Positions 28,191 to 38,087 of a DNA stretch of 64,000 nucleotides are shown in pieces. Numbering within the stretch: the stretch's first letter is position 1; every line of letters starts with the position of its first letter. The notes under the pieces are model-generated. The model saw only the letters and a program-made list of their open reading frames with translations, did not search any database and was not told the origin of the DNA. The position numbers and the translations under genes were made by a program. This DNA comes from a virus: positions 40,851-104,850 of the IMG/VR virus record IMGVR_UViG_3300033141_004289; one strand, given 5' to 3'.

Positions 28191-30380
28191 ATGGCAGTTA
28201 GAAAATTAAAATCTCCATTTGATAGCTATGTTGTAGATGTTCCAGAAGTTGCTCCATACACTCAAATTGTTAATAGAGCACCTGTTAGTAGATCATTTAA
28301 AGCAATCATGGGTACTGAACCTATAAAAATTCCGGCAGTTTTTAAAGTTCCTAATGAGTTTGGGCCAAATGGTGAAACAGTTTGGGAAACTGATGAAGCT
28401 GATAGTCGAATAAGATTTGTAGGGGTATGGGAAAATGCATCTACCAGCAATGGAACCTGTGTTTATGCGCCCACAGGGGCCAACGGTAGTTTTGCAGAAG
28501 TTACTTTTTATGGAACAGGTTTAAATCTTATTGGTTATAGTTCTGCTTTCGCTAGAACTTGGGATTATTCAGTTGATGGTGCACCTTCTGGAACTATTAC
28601 GCTAACGACTTCTAATTCTAGCATTTTAGCTGGTAGAAGTTACAACATGAATACCATCTTTAGTATTGTTAAAGATTTAGACCTTGGATGGCATACAGTT
28701 AAATTAGAACTAACTTCTGGTGATAACCGCGTCTTTGGTTTTGAAATTCTAAACGAGTCAGATGATATAATTGTTTGTGCTGGAAAAGGTCACGCAAATG
28801 GTTATGAAGTCTCAAGTGACGTAGATGTAGTTGTTGGAAAATATAATACAGAATTTGAAAATGTAGCAGATATTGATGTAGGAACGAAAGGTGGACGTGT
28901 AATCGTTTATACTGACCCGATTGATAACACGACCAAAAAAGCATTAACTAAAGTAGATGCAACTGCGCAATATTTAGTTAATGCAGATCACAGCAATGAA
29001 AGCGTCAAGAGAATAATTAATTTTAGAGAGCTTGGACGAAATAGAAGTGATGATTTCAGTACGACAGCTAGTAATACATATGGGGCCTTTACTTTAGATG
29101 ATGGGTCAACAACTTTAGTTGGAAAGTCTATTTCAATTGACACTCAGTTTGGTGAAGGAATTGCTTTAGCACAGGCCTCCGATAGTTTCTGGACATTAAC
29201 TTTTTTTGGAGTGGGATTGGATATTATTTCGGTTAACTCTGGGATGCCTACGTCCAATGTTAATTTAGACATAGACGGTGTTAGTATCCAGACAAATATT
29301 TCAGCGTGGAATATCGAGGGCAAGCAAAACAAAATTTGCTCTGGGCTTCCTCTAGGGACACACACAGTAAAAATATCGCAACCAGTTGGTGGTGCTGGAC
29401 TTAGAACTTCTGATTTCATTATTTATCAACCTAAAAAGTCATCCATCCCAGAAGGTGCAATTATTCATGGTGAATATAATATTTTAGCAGATCGTGTAGT
29501 GAATAATATAGTAGGAAGGGATAGCATTTCATCTGGTGTCGTTAGAAAAACAAATGATAGAGAAATACTTTACAGTGGAGCATGGTCTATTTCTTCAATT
29601 GCAACACATAATTATATCAATGGATTTCATACAGGTAGTAGCACTGTAGGTGTGTATTATGAGTATGATTTTAGAGGAACAGGAATTGATATAAGGTTTT
29701 GGGCAGATTTATCTCAATCAGGGGATTGGAGAGTTACACTAAATGGCATACCTGTTACCACAGCAAATTTCCCAACTTTAAGTTTGACAGCTAATGGGCC
29801 GGGAATTGGCTACAATTTTACTACAGGTTCTATTGATGCATTAGCGACAGGAGATGTTGTTGGTGCTTCAGTAACATTTAGTAACTTACCTCTCGCTACT
29901 TATAAATTAAGAGTAACTAACAATGCTGCTGGAAATATAAACCTTAATGCACTCGACATCATTACTCCAATTTATAATATGGATACTTATGATGGAAGTA
30001 TGGGGATAAAAGATTCTAGAAATTTTAATCCATTAAAAACCATTAACAAGCGAACAAATAGAGAGTTTGAGTCATTTGTTTATTGTGACGAATTAAGTTC
30101 AAAATATATTTTGAAATCAAAAAATATTTCCCAAATTCTAAACACAGCAACTGGACGAAATGCCGTTTATTTTAAAAGAGTGTACGTTGATAGAGAGATT
30201 GCAATGACCAGTGGCGGTAAGTCAGATGGAAATATAGCTATGCAGATAGCTGGTGCAACTACTTTTAAAGAAAAACACATGGCATTGGTTATGTCTTATA
30301 ATGGTAGTGGTGCTTTACAGGCATTTGCTTGGTCGCTTAATGCTAAAGCTGAACTTGAACAAGATTTTTTAGAGGAATAA
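28191..30380 (+). CDS. Tail fibre/receptor-binding protein with three galactose-binding-like repeats
   Basis: TFYGTGLNL...VDG...LGWHTVKL; TFFGVGLDI...IDG...LGTHTVKI; DFRGTGIDI...LNG...LATYKLRV. Confidence 0.7.
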   Translation: MAVRKLKSPFDSYVVDVPEVAPYTQIVNRAPVSRSFKAIMGTEPIKIPAVFKVPNEFGPNGETVWETDEADSRIRFVGVWENASTSNGTCVYAPTGANGSFAEVTFYGTGLNLIGYSSAFARTWDYSVDGAPSGTITLTTSNSSILAGRSYNMNTIFSIVKDLDLGWHTVKLELTSGDNRVFGFEILNESDDIIVCAGKGHANGYEVSSDVDVVVGKYNTEFENVADIDVGTKGGRVIVYTDPIDNTTKKALTKVDATAQYLVNADHSNESVKRIINFRELGRNRSDDFSTTASNTYGAFTLDDGSTTLVGKSISIDTQFGEGIALAQASDSFWTLTFFGVGLDIISVNSGMPTSNVNLDIDGVSIQTNISAWNIEGKQNKICSGLPLGTHTVKISQPVGGAGLRTSDFIIYQPKKSSIPEGAIIHGEYNILADRVVNNIVGRDSISSGVVRKTNDREILYSGAWSISSIATHNYINGFHTGSSTVGVYYEYDFRGTGIDIRFWADLSQSGDWRVTLNGIPVTTANFPTLSLTANGPGIGYNFTTGSIDALATGDVVGASVTFSNLPLATYKLRVTNNAAGNINLNALDIITPIYNMDTYDGSMGIKDSRNFNPLKTINKRTNREFESFVYCDELSSKYILKSKNISQILNTATGRNAVYFKRVYVDREIAMTSGGKSDGNIAMQIAGATTFKEKHMALVMSYNGSGALQAFAWSLNAKAELEQDFLEE

Positions 30381-30383
30381 ATT

Positions 30384-31172
30384 ATGCGACAATTTTTTGG
30401 ACAAGAAATAGTTAAAAAATTCGTTAGAGTTAGTTCTACTATAGCTACATTGTTAGGTGGTTCTACAATAAGATTAGGTGGGGTAAATGCAAATCTAAAT
30501 CTTGATTTATCACTTGATACAACAGTTGTTGGTGTTGGGGGAATGGAAGTTGTAGCAATTGCCTATGAAAAATACTATGTATATCTTGTTCTTAGCGGAG
30601 TAACCGAACATTTAATAGCTACAACATCAGCATCTAATCCAACTGGGTTTATTTCTTATAGAAAAGTAGGTGCTTTTTATACAGGTAGTACAGGTCAAAT
30701 TACAAAGGCGTTAAGTTTTGGTGATGCAGCTAGAAATATAAGTTTTTTAGCATGTTGTGCAATAGATTATCTCGTTTCGACAAATGTAAACCACTACATA
30801 TTATGGGATTTAATCAAAGAGGATGATGCCGATATATTTAATGGATCGTATGGGTGTATTATTCCAGAAGATGGTTATTATTCACTTGGTGGCCAAGGTA
30901 CTCCGTATAGCCTTAATAATGAGGTTCACCAAACAAAGGTAAGAACTGATACACTAGGAAATGTATCAGTAAATTACATGTACCTCCCAACCACTAATCA
31001 ACCTTTTCCTCAACCCTGCCCAGTAGTAGATAGATATTTATACAAGGGTGATAATGCAAATATGAATGTAGATTCAAATGCGGATAGTAGTTATTATATG
31101 CGTGGTAATGAAAAAACGTGGTTATCAGTTACTAAAAAAGCAGCACCAGAAGATATTGATTGGTCACTATAA
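30384..31172 (+). CDS. Tail-fibre-associated protein (C1q-like C-terminus)
   Basis: YYVYLV...PTGFISYRKVGAF and IPEDGYY...YLYKGD. Confidence 0.55.
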   Translation: MRQFFGQEIVKKFVRVSSTIATLLGGSTIRLGGVNANLNLDLSLDTTVVGVGGMEVVAIAYEKYYVYLVLSGVTEHLIATTSASNPTGFISYRKVGAFYTGSTGQITKALSFGDAARNISFLACCAIDYLVSTNVNHYILWDLIKEDDADIFNGSYGCIIPEDGYYSLGGQGTPYSLNNEVHQTKVRTDTLGNVSVNYMYLPTTNQPFPQPCPVVDRYLYKGDNANMNVDSNADSSYYMRGNEKTWLSVTKKAAPEDIDWSL

Positions 31173-31183
31173 GGAAATAAAAA

Positions 31184-32488
31184 ATGAGTATTAAAGGTAA
31201 AAACAATAGATCACTTAGAAAAAAGACTTTACCTAACACTAGAAATACAGTGACAGGGGTTAAGTCAGTTAAGTTTCATCATGAAGCAAATTTTGGTGAT
31301 ATATATATTGATATAGCTAATTTAAATGTTCCATCTGGTTTTATAAATCCATCACCAGTTGAAATGGTAAATGTAAAACTTAAAGAATTACCTCAAAACC
31401 TTATACTGACTTCATCTGCTCGTGGTTCATTAATGGAAGGACTTTCATATGAAATTCTTTCAAATACAACAATTAAACTATTGTTTGAATCATATGAAAG
31501 TGAGATTTTTACAGGCCTTTTCCAAAATCATATAACTAATGGTCAATTAATTGCTGATGTAAGGCCTGATGGTGATAGTGGAACATTATTAGAAGCTCAA
31601 ACAGATTTTAATCTTGGAACACCTGTACTAATTGAAGATGAAAATAACCAATGGCCTATTCAAGTTTTTAGAGGAAATGATGGTAAGCCAATGCTAAGAA
31701 ATTACGGCAATGGTGATTCAGACGGCAATTATAAAATGATTGATAATGGAACAGGTTATTGCCAAATAATTAGATTTAATGTTGCAGGGGATATAAATGA
31801 TGAACCAATTTTTTGGGCAACTCATGGTTCATTAGCTGAACGACCACAATCATCCGTACTTCAACAAGTAGATAATATCAATGGTGTATTAGATATTGTT
31901 AAAGATGATTTATTAGAAATAACTGGATTCGATGTAATTCAACCAACTAGATATAGTGGCGCACCTGCTCAAGCAGATTTAAAAGCATTTGGGGATAGAG
32001 TATTACTTTTAGAAAAGATATTAAATATAGATATTGAATCAAGCACTGTGCAATATTACTCAATGACGCAACTAGGTAATGCTATGCTTGATAGAACTTC
32101 TGAAGTTGAGTTTAATTTAGCAACAGCAACCATAAAAGAGAATGGTGATACAGGTATAATTACGGCATCGAATGTTCCAACTCAAACTCGATGGACTGCT
32201 AATAAGGCATGTGTCGTAGGTGTCAGGTTAACCGGAAAATCTGCAACAGTGAATAACCAATTCAGAGTAGAGAGGTATAACTCCTCCGTCGCTGTGTTGG
32301 AGCAATACACAGAAAATAGTGATACGGCTGTCGATAGAAATAGTGGAAGTTATGTTTCATTTACAATGAATGTGGGTGACTTTTTTGTAGCAAGGACAGT
32401 TTCAGACATACAGAATACGGCCGACATTGTTCAGGTCTCGTTTACTGCAACAGCAAAGACAACTACAAAAGTTAAAGATTTAATATAG
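31184..32488 (+). CDS. Tail-fibre-associated protein
   Basis: 434 aa in the fibre cluster; beta-rich C-terminal domain. Confidence 0.55.
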   Translation: MSIKGKNNRSLRKKTLPNTRNTVTGVKSVKFHHEANFGDIYIDIANLNVPSGFINPSPVEMVNVKLKELPQNLILTSSARGSLMEGLSYEILSNTTIKLLFESYESEIFTGLFQNHITNGQLIADVRPDGDSGTLLEAQTDFNLGTPVLIEDENNQWPIQVFRGNDGKPMLRNYGNGDSDGNYKMIDNGTGYCQIIRFNVAGDINDEPIFWATHGSLAERPQSSVLQQVDNINGVLDIVKDDLLEITGFDVIQPTRYSGAPAQADLKAFGDRVLLLEKILNIDIESSTVQYYSMTQLGNAMLDRTSEVEFNLATATIKENGDTGIITASNVPTQTRWTANKACVVGVRLTGKSATVNNQFRVERYNSSVAVLEQYTENSDTAVDRNSGSYVSFTMNVGDFFVARTVSDIQNTADIVQVSFTATAKTTTKVKDLI

Positions 32489-32496
32489 GATAAATT

Positions 32497-32982
32497 ATGA
32501 GTTTAAATATTTTTAGCAATGGTTGGATAAATAAGTTATTAAACAAATCCTTATTCAGCACAACCATGTTTACAAGAACTGAAACTCAGATCGCAACAGA
32601 TACTAAAATATTATGGAAGCGAAAATATTATGGAACTAATATTTTAGTAACTGGTTTAGTACCTGAATTAGCATTCACTAATTTAGAAGTTGGTAAAACA
32701 TACAGGTATTCATTCACTGGTTTGATAACAGCATATAATGCCTCCGCAGACGGTTATATAAGAATGATGCATAATGGAACATCTCTTGGTATATTATATT
32801 ATATCCATGGAACAGGTACTCCCGGTGGTGCTATTAAATTAAGTGTAAGTGATATATTTGTTGCATCAAATACAGATATAACAGTAGACGTTACAACTCT
32901 TTCTTATAGTGCAGCAGTCAACTCTATTAGTGTAACAATTGAAGAATTACCAAATCATGAAGAAACATCTCAGTGGGATTAA
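32497..32982 (+). CDS. Tail-fibre-associated protein
   Basis: 161 aa, beta-sandwich-like. Confidence 0.5.
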   Translation: MSLNIFSNGWINKLLNKSLFSTTMFTRTETQIATDTKILWKRKYYGTNILVTGLVPELAFTNLEVGKTYRYSFTGLITAYNASADGYIRMMHNGTSLGILYYIHGTGTPGGAIKLSVSDIFVASNTDITVDVTTLSYSAAVNSISVTIEELPNHEETSQWD

Positions 32983-32994
32983 TAAGGAAATAAT

Positions 32995-33963
32995 ATGATA
33001 CCTCGCATCGACAAAATTGAAAGTAATGCTGAAAGAAATTTCATTATAAATGGAAATTTTAATATTCGTCAAAGAGGTGATGTAAGCGCAATTGCTCATG
33101 GTAGTTGGTTAGCAGACCGGTATATATACTACGGAGCAACAGGGATGGATGCTAGTTATAGCACCGATGTTCCAGCTGGCCAAAATTGTTTTGAATCATT
33201 AGGAATGACCGTAGCTACCCCAACACCTGTTTTAGGGCCGGGAGCATATTCAATAATACGACAAGGCCAAGAGGGTAATCTAATAAAACCTTTATATGGT
33301 AGAAAATTTTCAATTGGTTTTTGGGTTAAAACAAATGTTGCTGGAATTTATGGAATTAATTTAAGAGGTGCTAGTAGATCAGTTGTTTATGAATATGAGG
33401 TATTAGCTTCTGAATTAGATACTTGGGTTGAAAAATCTGTATTAGTAGATATGACTACAGAGGATTCAAGTCTTTATGCTCACGATGAAAATTTAGGTTT
33501 TTATATAAATTTTATTTTTGCATCTGGTGGTGCAGATGATCTTGGAGCAGTTGGGGTATGGGAAAGTAGTGCATTATTAAGTACACCGAATCAAGTTAAT
33601 TTAGTAGAAACTGCTGGAAATTATATTAGAATTACAGGTATTAGATGTAATGATGGAACCAAACTTAATTCATTTGTAACTTCGGGTAGAAGTTATGCAG
33701 ACGAATTTAGATTATGCCAGAGATATTATATTGCTAGACCTGACACACTTTATATAGCTATGAATAAGTTCAACCAAGAGGTTTACTTAAACTATATGTT
33801 TCCTGTCACAATGAGGGCCACACCTGTTAGATCACAAACTTCAACAAATTGCGCTACAAATAGTTTCTCAGCATCTAAATATGGTGTAAAGGGATATGGG
33901 TTATACACAGGGTCTAGCGGCACACCTAGTATTGTTGGACTGACTTTCGACGCAGAATTATAA
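32995..33963 (+). CDS. Tail fibre protein, CBM-like (NxIING.F...QRG family)
   Basis: NFIINGNFNIRQRG, ADRY, EFRLCQRYY, FPVTMRATP, FDAEL. Confidence 0.75.
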   Translation: MIPRIDKIESNAERNFIINGNFNIRQRGDVSAIAHGSWLADRYIYYGATGMDASYSTDVPAGQNCFESLGMTVATPTPVLGPGAYSIIRQGQEGNLIKPLYGRKFSIGFWVKTNVAGIYGINLRGASRSVVYEYEVLASELDTWVEKSVLVDMTTEDSSLYAHDENLGFYINFIFASGGADDLGAVGVWESSALLSTPNQVNLVETAGNYIRITGIRCNDGTKLNSFVTSGRSYADEFRLCQRYYIARPDTLYIAMNKFNQEVYLNYMFPVTMRATPVRSQTSTNCATNSFSASKYGVKGYGLYTGSSGTPSIVGLTFDAEL

Positions 33964-33978
33964 AATATAGGAATTATT

Positions 33979-35034
33979 ATGAGTCAAATTAATTTAAGCA
34001 ATAAACTCGGGGCCAATCTTCTCATTAATCCTAATTTTGAGATATGGCAAAGAGGTACTTATTTTACAGGTGCTGGTGGAGAATATGGTGCTGATAGATG
34101 GTTTCATTGGAAAATCAATAGTGCTTATATTGATTATCAACGATCAACTGATGTTCCTACAGAAGAGGAAGCTGGTTATAAAAACATCAATAGCTTAGCA
34201 ATTAGTACAATAACACCTGATACTTCTGTTGCTGTAGATGATTTTCAAATGGTTTTTCAAAAAATAGAAGGATACAATTTTAGAAGAATAAATAATAAAA
34301 ATTTCGTATTTTCTTTTTGGGTAAAATCACCAAAAATTGGAATCCATTGTGTCCTGTTTTCTGATGCAACAGGTTACGGATATACTTCTGAGTATAATGT
34401 GGATTCAGCAAATACATGGCAAAAAGTTGTTATAAAAGTAAAGCATGAAACAGGTAGTGGAACATGGGATTATGAAAACGGTCATGGTATGCGAGTATCT
34501 TTTATTCTAAAGGCCGGAACTGATCATCATACTACTCCTAATGTTTGGGCAGCAGGGAGTAAATTTGCAACAGCTAATCAAGTTAATGTTGTTGATGTAG
34601 TAGGTGAATTTAAAATTGCTCAAGTTCAATTACATGAAGGAATTGAAGAAATTTCATTTGAAAAAAATGTTAGAGATTTTCAATCTGAACTACAATTATG
34701 TAGAAGATATTTTGAAAAAAGTTATGAAATGGACAAATACAGGGGTGATAACTATGCCCATGGAGCATATTATTGGGCCGGAGTTGGTGGCCCTTCATAT
34801 AACACTATGAAGGTTCTGATAGGTGTCTTAAAAAGAGATGTACCAGTAATAACTTTAATCAATACTGCTACGAGTGCATTAAATACTTGGCATGGTTATA
34901 GTGGAACAACGGCAGGCGAATACACTGTTTCAGCAAGTAGCATAACCAGAGCAGATTTTAGGGTACAATTTAATGCCGTTCCATCAGCCGGATATGGCAA
35001 TTCAGGCCATTGGTATGCAGACTCAGAATTATGA
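33979..35034 (+). CDS. Tail fibre protein, paralogue of 32995..33963
   Basis: NLLINPNFEIWQRG, ADRW, ELQLCRRYFEKSY, ADSEL. Confidence 0.75.
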   Translation: MSQINLSNKLGANLLINPNFEIWQRGTYFTGAGGEYGADRWFHWKINSAYIDYQRSTDVPTEEEAGYKNINSLAISTITPDTSVAVDDFQMVFQKIEGYNFRRINNKNFVFSFWVKSPKIGIHCVLFSDATGYGYTSEYNVDSANTWQKVVIKVKHETGSGTWDYENGHGMRVSFILKAGTDHHTTPNVWAAGSKFATANQVNVVDVVGEFKIAQVQLHEGIEEISFEKNVRDFQSELQLCRRYFEKSYEMDKYRGDNYAHGAYYWAGVGGPSYNTMKVLIGVLKRDVPVITLINTATSALNTWHGYSGTTAGEYTVSASSITRADFRVQFNAVPSAGYGNSGHWYADSEL

Positions 35035-35082
35035 GAATTGATTAACTAATTAAAGAATGTAACAATAGAATTTGGAGAATAT

Positions 35083-35760
35083 ATGAAAAAAGCACTAATA
35101 GTAATTGAAGCATTTACAGGCTACGAAATTGGTCAATTGGTTAATATTGGCGAAGCAAATGAAATAGACCATTTGTCTGGTTATTTATATAGTCGAATGG
35201 TTAAAGTCCCATTGGCAGAGGAATTAGAAAATATCCCATTCGAACAATTAAAAACAAATTTAGTAGAGGCTTCTCCATTACAGTATTCTAATGGGGTAGA
35301 TACGGTTTTTGATTATCTTGATATTCCCCAAATTGCTGATGAAAATAGTAATATGATTAGTGACCCATCTTATGTTTTAACTGAAGCAGTTGAAGAACAT
35401 TGGGAAGTTATTTTAGACCAAGTTGCATATTTAACACAGGTCATCACTGAATTATATAGTGTAATGACGAAAGAAGTAATTGAAGAAATGGCAATAGTTT
35501 TTGGTACAACTAGTGTTGATAGTGCATTGAGTTACGAAGCCACTTGGAAAGAAATGATTCTTACTCCATCAGATTATTCTATTGCTGGATTAAGTGCTAG
35601 ATTTGATATTGCTGGATTAACTACCAGTGATGCATTAGATACTGATCAAAAAATAACAGATTATGCAACAGCAAAGATAGTTGAAGTAAAAGCATATGCG
35701 GTTTGGCGTATGCAAAGAATTGAGCAGTTCCGAACTGACAGGGCCGCATTAGGAGCATAG
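35083..35760 (+). CDS. Putative tail fibre assembly/chaperone protein
   Basis: Follows the fibre genes; helical C-terminus. Confidence 0.4.
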   Translation: MKKALIVIEAFTGYEIGQLVNIGEANEIDHLSGYLYSRMVKVPLAEELENIPFEQLKTNLVEASPLQYSNGVDTVFDYLDIPQIADENSNMISDPSYVLTEAVEEHWEVILDQVAYLTQVITELYSVMTKEVIEEMAIVFGTTSVDSALSYEATWKEMILTPSDYSIAGLSARFDIAGLTTSDALDTDQKITDYATAKIVEVKAYAVWRMQRIEQFRTDRAALGA

Positions 35761-35772
35761 TGGAGTTAAGAG

Positions 35773-36051
35773 ATGTCAGGTGTTTCTACTCAGATAATTC
35801 GTTTTGCTACCAATCAATTACCTGTTGGTATCAAAAATGGTGCAAATTTAGTGTTTGAAGCACCTACTGAATTTGACCCTGCTACACTACAGGTTTTTTT
35901 AAGTGGTTTGAGTTTAATTATAGGAAATGATTTTATAATTGCATCAGACCACAAAACGATTACAATAGTATTAGAGCCAAATGATCCCACACGGCTAAAC
36001 GTGGCTCCATTACAAAACGAACCTTTTAGACTAAGTTATGTTACGGTTTAA
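35773..36051 (+). CDS. Small virion structural protein
   Basis: GIKNGANLVF...LQVFLSGL...GNDF...P...LSY, a phage beta-domain pattern. Confidence 0.55.
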   Translation: MSGVSTQIIRFATNQLPVGIKNGANLVFEAPTEFDPATLQVFLSGLSLIIGNDFIIASDHKTITIVLEPNDPTRLNVAPLQNEPFRLSYVTV

Positions 36052-36070
36052 ATAAATTACGGAGGAAGTT

Positions 36071-37363
36071 ATGGGCCAAATGAATTTGAAGAGAAGTCAA
36101 TTTATTCCAAGATCAACGATTACTACTTTAATTAATAGTAATGTTCAGACATTGGATTTTATCGGTTATATTGAACTGCTTGATACAGTAGATATTATCG
36201 ACGTAGATGCTAATGGTAATATTGTAAGTGTATTACTTGAAAATGCATCTGTTATTTCGGTGAATCCGGGTACTAAAAAAGTAACTCTCGATTCAGCAGT
36301 TGATACTAGTGCAGCAACTGGTACACCAATGCTTAGAGTACAAAATATCGATGATGGCCAAGAAGCTATTGATAGATTGTATAGAAGGAAGTTTACTGGT
36401 TCAGTTGGATTTGACCTTAGACAAACAATTTTGGATGCTGAAACAGATGTTCCATCAGTTGGTAAAACAACTTATGATGTAGCTGATGCCTCTTTCTTTA
36501 GAGCAGGGGATGAGCTAAAAATTGTTGATGATCTTGGTGTTGTGTCTGGTAGTGCAATTGTTGATGCAGTAAATATTAATGCTGATGATACTAATAATAA
36601 AGCAACTATTGTTATTACATCTTCTGTAGCAGTTACTTTAGTAAATAATCCTTATCTTCAAAACCTTTCAATTGATGTTGAAAATGCAATTAAAAGAAAC
36701 CAAGAAAGAATTGACCAAATTGACAGACCTATCAAAAATGTTGATATGGGAATTGGTGATGGAAGTCATTTAGCATTTACTACATCTAACTTATTTCTCC
36801 AAAACTCCACAGATATTTTTCTTGATGGAATTAAAAAGAAATTAGGTACTAAAGGAACTCTTGCAACATTGCTTCAAGGTTCTGGTGATAGTGCTGTTAC
36901 TTTTACTTCAATGCTTCTAGGCCTTGAAGGAAATAAAACAACTATTGAAGTAGCTGCTGGTGCTGGTGTAAACGTATCTGTTTCTGGTAACAGTAAATCT
37001 GGTTACGTTATTTCAGTAACTGATAATACAGGTGCTGCTACATCTAAAGAAATTGCTGATGCAATTAATGCCGATGCTGATGCTAAAAGAATTGTTTTCT
37101 GTCAGTATGGTGGAACAGGAACTGGTGTTGTAGCTACTTTCGGCCCATCAGATATGGGTTCAACTGTTGCTGGACTTGATGATGGAACAGGCGATTATGC
37201 AGAATTAGAACAAGTGTTTGAAAACTCTATTGCTGCAACTGGATTCAAATGGATTACCTTTCATATTAGAAAAAATGAAAGAAACAGAATGAACTCAGCA
37301 CCTGACCAAGATGAAGAAGTAATTGGTGAATATGCTAAAGCTCATGTGAACCAAGATAGATAA
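36071..37363 (+). CDS. Virion structural protein (430 aa)
   Basis: GGAGG RBS, abundant-protein codon bias, sheath-like insertion domain (ATSKEIADAINAD). Confidence 0.6.
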   Translation: MGQMNLKRSQFIPRSTITTLINSNVQTLDFIGYIELLDTVDIIDVDANGNIVSVLLENASVISVNPGTKKVTLDSAVDTSAATGTPMLRVQNIDDGQEAIDRLYRRKFTGSVGFDLRQTILDAETDVPSVGKTTYDVADASFFRAGDELKIVDDLGVVSGSAIVDAVNINADDTNNKATIVITSSVAVTLVNNPYLQNLSIDVENAIKRNQERIDQIDRPIKNVDMGIGDGSHLAFTTSNLFLQNSTDIFLDGIKKKLGTKGTLATLLQGSGDSAVTFTSMLLGLEGNKTTIEVAAGAGVNVSVSGNSKSGYVISVTDNTGAATSKEIADAINADADAKRIVFCQYGGTGTGVVATFGPSDMGSTVAGLDDGTGDYAELEQVFENSIAATGFKWITFHIRKNERNRMNSAPDQDEEVIGEYAKAHVNQDR

Positions 37364-37375
37364 TCGAGGTAATTT

Positions 37376-37735
37376 TTGGGCCAGAATAATTCCCGAAGGA
37401 TAAGTCATACATTAGAGAATTTGCCTAACACTTATAGAGATGACCAAGTTAGGCAGATTCTTGATGATTTAGATGAGGAAAATTCTGGTCTGGGATATAG
37501 TGAGGTTATTAGAGTAGGTGCATTTGTTTCTAAAATTACTGTTTGGGATTCAAATGCAATGAACTTCAAAAAAACAGAAGCTATTTTCAATAGAACAGGC
37601 CCATTTATAAACTCTATTGTAAAAAATGTTTATTCTGTTGATGGTAGTTCAATTATTTCCACAGTTACTGCCAGTGTAACAAGAACAGGGAATAATTCAG
37701 TCGCATTCGTAGATGTTGTTAACGTAAGGTCATAA
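37376..37735 (+). CDS. Hypothetical structural protein
   Basis: GAGGT RBS, TTG start, 119 aa. Confidence 0.55.
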   Translation: MGQNNSRRISHTLENLPNTYRDDQVRQILDDLDEENSGLGYSEVIRVGAFVSKITVWDSNAMNFKKTEAIFNRTGPFINSIVKNVYSVDGSSIISTVTASVTRTGNNSVAFVDVVNVRS

Positions 37736-37736
37736 A

Positions 37737-38087
37737 ATGGATAATCTTCTAAACTCGTTGTTGGTCGCTATTGGTGGCATCACCGTTCTTGCTTCAATTT
37801 GTTATACAATATACAATGTTTTTAGACCGTTTAAGTTAAAAAAGTTAGAAAATGCAGTTGAAGGGTTTGGTATTATTTATAAACAGCAAATTTTGTTAGA
37901 TAATAATGCACCTTTAATTTTTACAACATTAGCTGATGCCAAAGATCATGTTATTAAAAGAAAACTTGGAAAACCAAACTCTTTTAATAAAGGTGCTGAT
38001 GTAAGTGATGTAAAATATGTTTATCAAAGATGGGATGTTGAAAAAACTGAGTTAACAATACATCCATTAATTTTTAAGGAATCATAA
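37737..38087 (+). CDS. Membrane-anchored hypothetical protein
   Basis: N-terminal TM segment LLVAIGGITVLASICYTIYNVF. Confidence 0.55.
   Translation: MDNLLNSLLVAIGGITVLASICYTIYNVFRPFKLKKLENAVEGFGIIYKQQILLDNNAPLIFTTLADAKDHVIKRKLGKPNSFNKGADVSDVKYVYQRWDVEKTELTIHPLIFKES

Noticed and set aside
28191-35034. Diversity-generating retroelement or invertible cassette acting on fibre tips
   Set aside because: No reverse transcriptase, no invertase and no near-identical TR/VR pair or inverted crossover sites were seen. The paralogues are divergent throughout.
35580-35620. 14-bp direct repeat TATTGCTGGATTAA
   Set aside because: Explained by the repeated IAGL peptide; only two copies.
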